A stretch of DNA of 59,441 nucleotides from Nitrospira sp. (GTDB lineage Bacteria; Nitrospirota; Thermodesulfovibrionia; Thermodesulfovibrionales; SM23-35): NCBI GenBank assembly GCA_016873615.1, contig VGWX01000004.1:1-59441 (forward strand), written 5' to 3'. The position numbers and the translations under genes were made by a program. Of the stretch, positions 8,991 to 20,850 are shown one piece after another (position 1 is the stretch's first letter; the number at the start of each line of letters is the position of its first letter). The notes beneath the pieces were generated by a model, which was not told the origin of the DNA, searched no databases, and saw nothing but the letters and a program-made list of their open reading frames with translations.

Positions 8991-9866
8991 ATGAGTCTTT
9001 CCTACTCTTTCAAGCTCGCAACCCGCAGCCTGCTGCATGAGAAATGGATAAATCTGCTATCAATTCTTACAATAGCAGCCGGCCTTCTCATCACAGCCCT
9101 TACTATATTCTCTGTCTATAACATAGATATTGCGACACAGAAACTCCCTGATAAATTTTCCGTGATGCTTTATCTGAAGGATAATATTTCAAGGCAGGAT
9201 GTGGACCATATCATCGATACTGCCAGGAGAGACAGTGTGGTAGAAAAGGTGAAATACATCCCTAAAGACGAGGCGATGAAGGAACTGAAAACTGTCCTGA
9301 AAAATACGGAATATGTGCTCGACGGCCTGGGAGAGAATCCACTGCCGGATACTATAGAAATAAAATTAAAGAGCGAGACAATAACTCCGGATATCGTAAA
9401 AAGATTTTCCGCGAGGCTTAAAGAAACAAAAGGGATCAACGAGATAGAGTATGGCGAAAAATTCCTGTCTTCGATATATTCCTTAAGGGTTGGAGTGAAA
9501 GCAATAGGCATTATCTTTATAATCATTATGTCTGCCGGAATGCTCTTCGTCTGTTACAGCACAGTTAAAATTCTCTTTTACAGAAAACATGAGGAGATAG
9601 AAACTTACAAGCTGCTTGGCGCTACAAAGACCTTCATAAGGGGTCCTTTCATTATAGAAGGCGCAGTCATTGGCTTTTTCGGCGGAATGCTGAGTCTTGC
9701 AGGAATGCTGTCCTTATATTATTTGTTCATTCTCAGGATAAGCGCTACATTTCCCCTTTTCAAGACAATACACTTCCCTGTTGAGATAGCCTTTACCCTC
9801 CCCCTCGCAGGACTTCTCCTTGGCATATCAGGAGCCGTGATAGCAATAGGCAGGATTCGGTATTAA
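8991..9866 (+). CDS. ftsX: Cell division permease FtsX
   Basis: 4-TM layout, ENPLP, EIE..KLLGAT..FIR.PF..EG. Confidence 0.9.
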   Translation: MSLSYSFKLATRSLLHEKWINLLSILTIAAGLLITALTIFSVYNIDIATQKLPDKFSVMLYLKDNISRQDVDHIIDTARRDSVVEKVKYIPKDEAMKELKTVLKNTEYVLDGLGENPLPDTIEIKLKSETITPDIVKRFSARLKETKGINEIEYGEKFLSSIYSLRVGVKAIGIIFIIIMSAGMLFVCYSTVKILFYRKHEEIETYKLLGATKTFIRGPFIIEGAVIGFFGGMLSLAGMLSLYYLFILRISATFPLFKTIHFPVEIAFTLPLAGLLLGISGAVIAIGRIRY

Positions 9867-9871
9867 ACAAA

Positions 9872-11116
9872 ATGCAAAGAGCGAATAGCATAGGGTTTAA
9901 AGCTAAAAGGAAAATTATAATTGATGAAATAATTGAAAATCCAAGCATTCAACACTTCATACTCGTTGTCTTTTGTTTGTTACTCTTTGCTCTATGCTCC
10001 ATGCTCCATGCTGATTTTTGTCTTGCTGCTACGCCTCAGGAAGAATACAAAAAAATACAAAAAGAGATCAAAACACATAAAAAGAAACTGGCTGATGCAA
10101 AAAAGCGTGAATCCTCTATCCTAACCGATATCGAATATGCAAACAGACATCTGAAAGCAATAGAGTCTGACCTGAAGGAATACAGGAATCAGCTTCAGAA
10201 CACTGAAGCCCGCATTGCAAGGGTAGAGCATGAAATCTCTCAGCATAAAACCAATATCGAGAAGATCAGGGAATGGATACAAAGAAAACTCAGGGCAATC
10301 CACAAATATGGACACAGTTCAGACGTTGTAATGCTCCTCCTGAGCGCCGATGACAGTTCTCAACTCATGCGAAGCAGCAAATATCTGCAGTATATTGCTG
10401 TTTATGAACACAATTTACTGAATACCTATAAAGCGGACCTGGAAGATTTGAATAAGAAAGAAAAACAGCTTTCAACGCTCAGGAAAGACCTCATAAAGAA
10501 CAAGGAGAAAGTTAAAGCAGAAGAGCGATCTCTTGAAGAAAAGAAGAAGCGTAAGGAAATATTGCTTGCATCTGTAAAAAAAGAAGGGGTCTCCCATTCA
10601 AGGATGCTGCAGGAGTTGAAAGACGCCTCAAAAAAAATAATGGAGATTATCAGGGAGTCTGAAAAGTCTGAAACTGCTAAGGAAAAAGAAGGAATCTTCA
10701 CCGGTAAAAATTTTTCGGGTCTGAAGGGCAAGCTTCCATGGCCTGTAGACGGCAAGGTTATAATCCCCTATGGTTCCCAAAAGGATCCCCAGTTCAATAC
10801 CCCTATTTTCAGGAACGGCGCATATTTTCAGTCAGGCGCCGATTCGTATGCAAAAGCAGTGCACAATGGCAAAGTGGTTTTTGCAGAATGGTTCAAAGGA
10901 TACGGTCAGCTCGTAATCGTTAACCATGGGGACGGGTACCATACCCTGTATGGAAGCTTATCAGAGATTTTTACAAAAGTTGGAGATATAATAAAAGGAA
11001 AACAGATTCTCGGCAGGGTTGGGAATTCAGGTCTCTTGAATTCGTCCGGCCTCTATTTTGAACTGCGATATAAAGGCAAGCCGCTTGATCCATTACAGTG
11101 GCTGCGCAGGAGATAA
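9872..11116 (+). CDS. envC: EnvC-like murein hydrolase activator (coiled coil + M23 domain); start uncertain
   Basis: Long coiled coil, KGKLPWPV.G, GYGQLVIVNHG, LYFELR; degenerate Zn ligands. Confidence 0.85.
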   Translation: MQRANSIGFKAKRKIIIDEIIENPSIQHFILVVFCLLLFALCSMLHADFCLAATPQEEYKKIQKEIKTHKKKLADAKKRESSILTDIEYANRHLKAIESDLKEYRNQLQNTEARIARVEHEISQHKTNIEKIREWIQRKLRAIHKYGHSSDVVMLLLSADDSSQLMRSSKYLQYIAVYEHNLLNTYKADLEDLNKKEKQLSTLRKDLIKNKEKVKAEERSLEEKKKRKEILLASVKKEGVSHSRMLQELKDASKKIMEIIRESEKSETAKEKEGIFTGKNFSGLKGKLPWPVDGKVIIPYGSQKDPQFNTPIFRNGAYFQSGADSYAKAVHNGKVVFAEWFKGYGQLVIVNHGDGYHTLYGSLSEIFTKVGDIIKGKQILGRVGNSGLLNSSGLYFELRYKGKPLDPLQWLRRR

Positions 11117-11134
11117 ATCTTGGAGGATAAATAA

Positions 11135-12448
11135 ATGGGTAAAAGGATGATGGGTAAAAGGATAATCCTGATGGTGGCTCTCATATTTGCTGTCGCATCA
11201 ACAGGTATTCTCATTGGCAGATGGACTATAAGCAGTGTTGATGCTGAAATGAGCGGATATGACGAATTGAGGGTTTTTTCAGAAGCCCTGTCTATCGTAA
11301 GGAAAAACTATGTAGAAGATACAAAACCGAAAGATCTCGTATACGGTGCGATTAAAGGAATGCTTGGTTCCCTTGACCCACATTCTGCTTTCATGTCACC
11401 CGAACAGTATAAAGAGATGCAGGTGGACACAAAAGGAAAGTTTGGAGGTATTGGTATACAGATAGGCATAAAAGATGGAATGCTGACGGTAATTGCCCCT
11501 ATCGAGGACACCCCGGCATACAAGGCCGGAATAAAGGCAGGCGATAAAATAATCAAGATTAACAATGAATTTACAAAGGATATGAGTCTGCATGATGCTG
11601 TCAGCAAGATGAGGGGAACTCCGTCGAGTTCTGTGAAGATAACCATCATCAGGGAAGGTTGGAAAGAAACAAAGGACTTTACCATGGTAAGAGAGATAAT
11701 AAACATCAAGAGTGTAAAGTCAAAGCTCATCGAAGACAGTATAGGATATGTCAAGATAAACCAGTTCCAGGAGCAGACTTCATCTGATCTTTCTTCTGCC
11801 ATTGAGAAACTGACAGAGCAGAATATAACTGCTCTCATCCTTGATCTCAGGAACAATCCCGGAGGTCTCCTGAACAGCGCAATTGATGTCTCAAGCCAGT
11901 TTCTGCAATCAGGCAAATTGGTGGTATTCATAAAAGACAAAAAGGGAGAAAAGATCGAGTACCGCAGCTCAACGAACAAATTAAACTCCAACATACCGAT
12001 GGTTGTTCTGGTTAATCAGGGCAGTGCAAGCGCATCAGAGATCGTTGCCGGAGCGCTGAAAGACTGGAACAGGGCTGTAATCATAGGCACCCAGACCTTT
12101 GGCAAAGGGTCTGTCCAGTCAGTCGTGCCCCTTGGGGATGGCTCTGCACTCAGACTCACTACAGCACGTTATTACACACCGAAAGGAGTATCCATACAGA
12201 CAACGGGGATTACACCTGACATCATGGTAAAGCCCGAGGTCAAAGAAGGGGAGAAGAGCCGGCCTGCAATAAGAGAAAAAGACCTCGAGAGGCATCTTAA
12301 GAATGGTGTGGAGATGGAAGAAAAACCAGATGAGCCTGAGGACGTGATTCCCATTGAAGTTGATGAAAAAGAGGATATACAGCTTCAAAGGGCGATAGAC
12401 CTTCTCAAGACATGGAAGGTCTTTAAGGAACTGCCAAAGGCATCATAA
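11135..12448 (+). CDS. ctpA: C-terminal processing protease, S41 family
   Basis: LDPHS, PDZ domain, DLRNNPGG, SASASEI, TFGKGSVQ. Confidence 0.93.
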   Translation: MGKRMMGKRIILMVALIFAVASTGILIGRWTISSVDAEMSGYDELRVFSEALSIVRKNYVEDTKPKDLVYGAIKGMLGSLDPHSAFMSPEQYKEMQVDTKGKFGGIGIQIGIKDGMLTVIAPIEDTPAYKAGIKAGDKIIKINNEFTKDMSLHDAVSKMRGTPSSSVKITIIREGWKETKDFTMVREIINIKSVKSKLIEDSIGYVKINQFQEQTSSDLSSAIEKLTEQNITALILDLRNNPGGLLNSAIDVSSQFLQSGKLVVFIKDKKGEKIEYRSSTNKLNSNIPMVVLVNQGSASASEIVAGALKDWNRAVIIGTQTFGKGSVQSVVPLGDGSALRLTTARYYTPKGVSIQTTGITPDIMVKPEVKEGEKSRPAIREKDLERHLKNGVEMEEKPDEPEDVIPIEVDEKEDIQLQRAIDLLKTWKVFKELPKAS

Positions 12449-12491
12449 AAACAGCAGACAGTAGAGTGTAAACAGCATATAGAGAGTTTTA

Positions 12492-12635
12492 TACTAATAT
12501 GACCATAAGCAAGGTTACATTTGTCATTCCCGCTCTACGAGTCGTAGACTTGTCGGGTCGCCTCGGCGAGTCGCCTGAGGTGACCCGACAAGCGGGAATG
12601 ACATCCATGTAGCCTTACTTTTGCACTTATTAGTA
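12492..12635. repeat. Nested palindromic element (TGTCATTCC family), copy A
   Basis: tactaata...tattagta ends; inner tgtcattcccgc...gcgggaatgaca with additional hairpins. Confidence 0.8.
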
Positions 12636-12665
12636 ACTCGCAACTTTTAACTATTAACTTTTTTT

Positions 12666-12790
12666 ATGTTAACCACAAAGGATGCTATTGAACAGAGACG
12701 GAGTATCGGGAAGTTTAAGCCTGATCCTGTACCCGATGAATATATAATGGCCCTCCTTAACGCCGCGAGACTGGCCCCTTCAGCCTCAAG
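12666..12790 (+). pseudogene. Truncated nitroreductase (N-terminal ~41 aa)
   Basis: AIEQRRSIGKF.PDPVP....LLNAARLAPSAS, then similarity is lost. Confidence 0.8.
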
Positions 12791-12944
12791 TCAACGTTTT
12801 GATGATTACGGCTCCGACAACAACTTCTACTTCATCTACTACGCGCATCAATTCATCTCAAATTGTTGATCACTTCAGTTGAAAATGAGCATTTTTCAGT
12901 TCACTCCCTCCCCATGAAGGAGGGAGCATCCATGATCAAGTTTT

Positions 12945-13334
12945 TTAGTGATGTTCCGCAGCCTCAGCAGCATCTGCTTCGGCCTTTGTCTTATGCACCG
13001 TCCCATCAGGATGATTGGGTGGACTGTAAATCGTGTAGAGCCTGAGTGGTTTTGTTGGGGATGTATTAATAACATTATGGTATGTTCCGGCAGGAACCAT
13101 AACTGCGTCACCATCACCGGCGATGTGTTTTTCCTTTTCGTTAAAAACGAATTTTGCAGTGCCTTCTTCGACCCTGAAGAACTGGTCGACAGACGGATGT
13201 ACTTCATTGCCGATTTCCTCTCCCCCTTGCAGACACATCACCACTAACTGGTTGTACCTACCGCTGAAAAGCACCTTGCGGAAGAAGTTATTATCTAACG
13301 TCTGTTTCTCAATAGGTCCAAAATACCCTGTCAT
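12945..13334 (-). CDS. Cupin domain protein
   Basis: GEEIGNEVH..VDQFFRVEEG, VPAGTYHNVIN, LYTIYSPPNH. Confidence 0.9.
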   Translation of the reverse strand: MTGYFGPIEKQTLDNNFFRKVLFSGRYNQLVVMCLQGGEEIGNEVHPSVDQFFRVEEGTAKFVFNEKEKHIAGDGDAVMVPAGTYHNVINTSPTKPLRLYTIYSPPNHPDGTVHKTKAEADAAEAAEHH

Positions 13335-13429
13335 TAAGCACCTCCTTTTAGTCTTATTTCATTGATCCCTGTTTTTTAAATAACTTATTTGAGCAATTTC
13401 AACTATATAATAGGCCCTTTATGCTACGG

Positions 13430-15664
<2,235 letters not shown>

Positions 15665-15750
15665 TTATCGTTATGTATTATTCATTATTCACCAGCGGGG
15701 AACAGTTATCTTAACGCATTGTTATCACCTTCTCAAGATTATGAAAATTT

Positions 15751-15771
15751 ACTATATAGTAATCAATACTA
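15751..15771 (-). promoter_or_regulatory. Per-box-like operator next to the katG -10 element
   Basis: TAGTAAT-C-AATACTA 7-1-7 IR (15757-71); shares actatatagtaat with the site upstream of perR. Confidence 0.7.
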
Positions 15772-15789
15772 TTAAAGAAGAAAAAAATA

Positions 15790-16233
15790 TCAGCCTTTTC
15801 TGCACTTGCTGCAAAGACCTTCAAGCACTACCTTTTTACTTATCACCGTAAACTGCTTACTGATTTCATCAGGAACAGTTATATTGTCAAACTCGCTGCT
15901 ATGAAAATCTATTATGCTGCCACAGTGAATGCACCTGAAATGGTGATGGATATCCATATCAGGATCATACCGCTTTGCCTGTCCGTACCCCTCAACTACA
16001 TTTGTAATGCCAATTTTAGAGAAAGTCAAGAGGGTCCTGTTCACCGTATCGAATGAAATATTCGGTATCTTCTTGACTATTCTCTTATAAATGTCATCAG
16101 CAGTAGGGTGATCCTTGGCTTTAAGAAGTTCCTCGTAGATAGCTGTGCGCTGAGGAGTTATCTTCATACCATGTTCTTTGGATCTCTGATAAAACATTTC
16201 TATCTTTTTATTTTGTTGTAATTTCGATTCCAT
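15790..16233 (-). CDS. perR: Fur family peroxide-responsive regulator (PerR-like)
   Basis: KITPQR, HPTADDIY, RYD..HHHFRCIHC, C-terminal CSKC; adjacent to katG. Confidence 0.85.
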   Translation of the reverse strand: MESKLQQNKKIEMFYQRSKEHGMKITPQRTAIYEELLKAKDHPTADDIYKRIVKKIPNISFDTVNRTLLTFSKIGITNVVEGYGQAKRYDPDMDIHHHFRCIHCGSIIDFHSSEFDNITVPDEISKQFTVISKKVVLEGLCSKCRKG

Positions 16234-16240
16234 ATTTAAA

Positions 16241-16269
16241 ACTATATAGTAATTATTCTTAATTGTCAA
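16241..16269 (-). promoter_or_regulatory. perR promoter with Per-box in the spacer
   Basis: Minus strand TTGACA-17 nt-TATAGT; TAGTAAT-T-ATTCTTA at 16247-61. Confidence 0.75.
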
Positions 16270-16795
16270 GTTAAATTTGCACTATCTCCTTCCAATCCGT
16301 TGAATGTTATATCTTTGCCTTTTTTCGAATAATTGCTGATGAATCACTGGATACGAATTAAATAGCTTGATGTGTCTTTTATCTGACCTGTCACCAATCA
16401 TTGTATCACATTTAACTTAGCGGTTAATGTCACTTGCTGCATGACGTCTACAGATTATCATTTGGTTATGATATCTCTCCTATGTGGCGCATAAGGTGCA
16501 CCACAATAACTTCCCCTATAAAATAATATTTATCATAAAAGACATTAAGAAAACATTGCAAGATGTGCTGATGTAGATGTGAGTTTCATAATCAACATAA
16601 GTTGGATATGTTCTAAGTGCCGACTACTATGTGCACTGTGGTTCCCCAAGGCAATTCCGTTGTGCATTGACTTTAGGGAGTTATGTTGAGTTCCCCGTTA
16701 TGTGAAGTAAACGTTGTAAGCAAAGCCCTTATCGTTGATTCTTAGTAATGGCTTTTCTACACACATATTTTAAACACAAATCCATACTACAACAT

Positions 16796-18730
16796 CTAAC
16801 GACTCCCGGAAAATCTTGATAAAAAAGATGTATCCATAGGTCTTTTATCTTTATCTTCCTTAAGCATAATAGTTTGTCTCTCTTTTATTTCTTTCTGATA
16901 ACCTGGAGCGATTTCTTTCTGCTTCCCGGTCGTTATATTCTTCCTTTCTTCAGGCATTAATCTTGGTTTATCTGTAAATCCCTGTTGTAGATGAGCCCTG
17001 TTAAACTCCCTGTTCAGCATATTCAGCCTCTGAGTATCTTCACCAGGCGCTATCCTCTGTCTCCCGCTTATTCCATTGGGTCCTGCTGTTTTATTCATTT
17101 CCTTCTGCTTTACAGGGGGTCTGACCGCGCCCTCTTTAGGTAGTGCTACAGGTCTGTCCTTCTGTTTTTTCTGCATTTTATCCTTACCAATCCCGTGGGT
17201 TGGAACAGGCGTCTTTTTCTTGTCCTCTCCCTGAATCACTTTTGGTCTTTCTCCTGTTGCCTTCTGTTCCTGTGGCCTGACCGCCTCTGGTTTCTGAACT
17301 GATTTAACTGGTTTCGGATAACCTATTCTATTAAGAGGCATGGGATTAACCTGTTTGCCGGTTTTGAAACCTGACTCATACCTGTTAACAGCAACAGGTC
17401 TGCCACTCATCTTGCCTGTCTCTTTAGTCTCTATTATTTTCTTTGGAGGCAAAGATTTCTGTGGCACAGCCTTCATAGGCAAAGGCAGGGAGGTAGTTTT
17501 ACCGGGTTTGATTTCCGGTCTGCCAGGCGATACCTTTATCCCTTCGATAAAAGGATTCGCCGGAGCTCCGCTGACCTTCACAGGCCTTCCGGTAACAAAG
17601 GTCTCACGGTTTATAACCGTTACTGAATCAGCGACTCTGGCATTGTTATAGATATTTGTTATGTTTATGTTCTTAACATTAACCTTTGTTATATTGACGC
17701 TGTGAGGACCATAGTGGCCGTGTCCATAATATGTTTCCCCAGGGGCAAGAGGAACCCATGAGACATAAGTTGGTGTGTATATCCATGCTACAAACCCGGG
17801 CGCCCAGAAAGCAGCATTGATTGCAGGCGGCACCCAGAACCAGCCTATTCCTACCCTGAATGCCCATCTGCCATAATGATATGGAGCCCACCCCCATGGT
17901 TCATATGATACCCAGATATAGTCGCTGTTTATCCAGCACCATCTGCCTGTTCTGTACGGAGCCCAGTTATTAACTACAATCAGAGGCCTCCATACATATC
18001 CGTAATCAGACGTATAAACCCACCTGCCGTTCTCATCGAAATCACTGCTGTAAACGTCAAGCTCAGGCGGCAGATACCGCGAACTTGTCCTTGCCCCTGT
18101 CAGGTAAGAATCACGCGAAAGGTTCCATTTAATCCATTCATCCCTGGGTCTGACGGGAGATAGCTCGGCATAATTATCAGCCCTTACAGAAATCATATTG
18201 CCTGCATCCACCTTTGAGTTGCCATTCTGACTTTCTACATATACAACACCTGCTGTTACGGAAACCTCTGTATGCCCGTTTTCATAGACATTAATATCAA
18301 ATTTCGCTCTTCCATAGGCCATTGCTGACACAAAGGGGGTATCAACCTGAAATACAGAATCCCCTGCAGCAGCGCCCCTGTAATTCACATATATTCTTCC
18401 CTGAGGCATTGCCGCCTGAATGACCTTTCCTTCCTCATCCCTTTTAAGTTTAGTAATATCAAGACTTGTATTTCTGTCTGCCCGCAGATATGTCCCTCCA
18501 AGGAACTGTATCTCTGCCCTGCCGTCATCAGTAACCCATATTTTATCTCCAGGCAGTAACGGCAGGTTTATCGATGCGGCAGCCCATTCAGGGTCCGTGT
18601 CCCTGGATTGAACAACAACATCCCCCTGTACAAGACTCAGACGCGCAGCGCCGATCACATCTGCATGTACCGCTAATGATGTGCCGGTTATGAAAAACAA
18701 CATAAATATTACGAATATCAGCCTTTTCAT
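16796..18730 (-). CDS. Secreted FecR/DUF6600 domain protein with Pro/Lys-rich tail
   Basis: Signal peptide, ARLS..GDV, W.PY..GRW, EPWGWAPYHYGRW, WVPLAPGE. Confidence 0.85.
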   Translation of the reverse strand: MKRLIFVIFMLFFITGTSLAVHADVIGAARLSLVQGDVVVQSRDTDPEWAAASINLPLLPGDKIWVTDDGRAEIQFLGGTYLRADRNTSLDITKLKRDEEGKVIQAAMPQGRIYVNYRGAAAGDSVFQVDTPFVSAMAYGRAKFDINVYENGHTEVSVTAGVVYVESQNGNSKVDAGNMISVRADNYAELSPVRPRDEWIKWNLSRDSYLTGARTSSRYLPPELDVYSSDFDENGRWVYTSDYGYVWRPLIVVNNWAPYRTGRWCWINSDYIWVSYEPWGWAPYHYGRWAFRVGIGWFWVPPAINAAFWAPGFVAWIYTPTYVSWVPLAPGETYYGHGHYGPHSVNITKVNVKNINITNIYNNARVADSVTVINRETFVTGRPVKVSGAPANPFIEGIKVSPGRPEIKPGKTTSLPLPMKAVPQKSLPPKKIIETKETGKMSGRPVAVNRYESGFKTGKQVNPMPLNRIGYPKPVKSVQKPEAVRPQEQKATGERPKVIQGEDKKKTPVPTHGIGKDKMQKKQKDRPVALPKEGAVRPPVKQKEMNKTAGPNGISGRQRIAPGEDTQRLNMLNREFNRAHLQQGFTDKPRLMPEERKNITTGKQKEIAPGYQKEIKERQTIMLKEDKDKRPMDTSFLSRFSGSR

Positions 18731-18794
18731 TTATTCCTCCTGTAACACCTTATAGTATTTATATTTTTTCTCTAAGCAGTCCTTATCATATTAA

Positions 18795-18810
18795 AGCATT
18801 TAGTGTGCCA
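18795..18810 (-). promoter_or_regulatory. Sigma-54 (-24/-12) promoter of the DUF6600 gene
   Basis: Minus strand TGGCAC-ACTAA-ATGCT with GG-N10-GC spacing. Confidence 0.65.
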
Positions 18811-18965
18811 TATTTAAATTGCATTAGTTTATAATGGGTTAGAGAATTTCCTTTTGTCAGACTTTCCTTTTTAGGGATTGCATAACCTTTTTCGGAAAAC
18901 TTTTAGTAATCCTGTCTTTTCTGTGGAAACTGTCGGAAAAGGACAGATATAATATGTAAGGTAAA

Positions 18966-19640
18966 ATGTCCAGAATTATATTTGACATTGAGACAGTCGG
19001 AAAAGATTTTAAATCTCTTGATGAGCCGGTTCAGGAATACTTTCTGCGATATGCAGAGACTGCCGATGAAAAAAAAGAGATGAAAGAACAGTTGTCTTTT
19101 TACCCGCTAACAGCCGAGATCGTTACCATCGGGATGCTCAATACGGACACACGTGAAGGCTTTGCATTCTTTCAGACAACAGGAGATCCTCTGCTGCCTT
19201 TTGAAGAAGATAATGTCCGCTATGAAACCGGCACAGAAAAGGAAATTCTTCAGAAATTCTGGAAAATCATGAAAGGCTGCGATAAATTTATTACCTTTAA
19301 CGGAAGAGGTTTTGATTGTCCTTTCATTCTCATCCGTTCTGCTGTTCATAAGATAAAGCCGACAAAGGACCTGATGCCGAACAGATATAGTGACATACAT
19401 GTAGATCTTCTTGACCAGCTCAGCTTTTACGGCGCATCACGGAGAAGGTTTAATCTTGACATGTGGTGCAGGACTTTCGGGATAAAGAGCCCAAAAGAGG
19501 GCGGCATTACAGGTTACGAGGTGAAAGATCTCTTTAAGGCAGGCAGACACCTTGATATTGCGAAATACTGCGTCGGCGACCTCAGGGCAACAATGGAACT
19601 TTTCATGTATTGGGAAAAGTACATAAAGTTCTCGCCATAA
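18966..19640 (+). CDS. PolB-like 3'-5' exonuclease (RNase H-like domain)
   Basis: FDIET, ITFNGRGFD.PF, H.DL, YC..D. Confidence 0.88.
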   Translation: MSRIIFDIETVGKDFKSLDEPVQEYFLRYAETADEKKEMKEQLSFYPLTAEIVTIGMLNTDTREGFAFFQTTGDPLLPFEEDNVRYETGTEKEILQKFWKIMKGCDKFITFNGRGFDCPFILIRSAVHKIKPTKDLMPNRYSDIHVDLLDQLSFYGASRRRFNLDMWCRTFGIKSPKEGGITGYEVKDLFKAGRHLDIAKYCVGDLRATMELFMYWEKYIKFSP

Positions 19641-19739
19641 GATCCGGAAGCAGATAAAATCATTCAGGAACAGAAATTATAATTGTTTTTCTCTCAATAA
19701 TCGTAAAGAAATCAAGTCCGGCCAGAATTTCAAGGAGTA

Positions 19740-20813
19740 TCAGATTCTGCTCTGCAAGTAATCATTGACACTGTCAATCCTGAACCTGTCGTCATCAAGA
19801 ACATTATGAACAAAGTTGAAGATAAGCTTTCTCTGATCGGAGGTTAGTCCGGGATAAAAAACAGGGTTCGCGACTACCGCTCCCCTGAAGGCAAAAAAAG
19901 GCGCAACAACTTCTGTTATTTTTGTATCTCCTGAGGCCTTTATGTATTCATCGAAAAACAGGTGAAGTCCCTCAAGATATGCTCCTCTGACGTCACTAAA
20001 GTTTTGTACAGAGAAAAAAATATAGTTTATGGCAAGCGCTGTTATGTCATCTGCAGGTTCTCCCCATGGCCCCCTGCTCCTGTCGAGGAGGATGAAGTCT
20101 ACCCCCCCACTCCCTCCCTTACCAGGTGGGGCAAACCAGATATTCCCCGGATGAAAATCGCCGTGTATCTGGGAAAGTCTTTCATATCCCGGTTTTAACC
20201 GTGTATACCAGTCAACTGATTTTTTAATGATATCTGCCATCTCTTCATATGTCATTGTTCCATCGGGATATGTATCAAAAACACCCATCAGACATTCACC
20301 ATGTCCGACAGTATCTCTCAGCTTCCTCCAGTAGAGGGTCTTTGAATCCTTTTTGATCGCATGAATCTCTGCGAGGTATGATGTCATTGCCTTTATTTTA
20401 TTTATATCCTTTTCATCAAGATGATACTTTCTTGATGATTCGGCCAGGTCATTAAAGTAATGTTCACCTTCTGCTTTCTCCATCAGCAGATAATATTCCC
20501 TGCCTCCTCCGACAGACTTCACAGAACCATCGCTCATTTCAGAAAGCACGTCTACAGCCTTTACATGTTTTGGCAGGTTGCCATATTCATCAAGATCAAG
20601 AAGGAATACCGAGGCCCTGTCAGAAGGATAGTCGTGGCCCAGGCCTTCAGGAATAAGCGCTTTTATAACATATGACCGGTTACCGGCTGATGTCCTCATC
20701 TCGATAAGGAATCCGGAGCCCTGAACACCCGAACCGAGTTTCCTGATATCCACATCAATAATGTCCTTGAATGTGTTAAGAAGATAGGCCTTTATCGCAG
20801 TTTCATTGATCAT
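19740..20813 (-). CDS. Aminoglycoside phosphotransferase-like kinase
   Basis: LGSGVQGSG loop, HGDFHPGNI, LLDRSRG.WGEPADD. Confidence 0.85.
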   Translation of the reverse strand: MINETAIKAYLLNTFKDIIDVDIRKLGSGVQGSGFLIEMRTSAGNRSYVIKALIPEGLGHDYPSDRASVFLLDLDEYGNLPKHVKAVDVLSEMSDGSVKSVGGGREYYLLMEKAEGEHYFNDLAESSRKYHLDEKDINKIKAMTSYLAEIHAIKKDSKTLYWRKLRDTVGHGECLMGVFDTYPDGTMTYEEMADIIKKSVDWYTRLKPGYERLSQIHGDFHPGNIWFAPPGKGGSGGVDFILLDRSRGPWGEPADDITALAINYIFFSVQNFSDVRGAYLEGLHLFFDEYIKASGDTKITEVVAPFFAFRGAVVANPVFYPGLTSDQRKLIFNFVHNVLDDDRFRIDSVNDYLQSRI

Positions 20814-20850
20814 TTCAGCTTTCCTGCCTGCAAGCTCGCAGGCTTTTCAG

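Noticed and set aside
12904-12926. Intrinsic terminator after the cupin gene (ctccctcc / ggagggag)
   Set aside because: The stem is real but has no U-tract in the cupin direction; could equally be a REP remnant
16270-16795. Long AT-rich intergenic region as ncRNA or MITE (weak IR ataacttcccct / agggagttat)
   Set aside because: IR too degenerate and no recognisable riboswitch or sRNA motif; an Rfam search would be needed
19740-20813. Aminoglycoside resistance gene
   Set aside because: Only the general kinase fold is shared; housekeeping context and no mobile-resistance features
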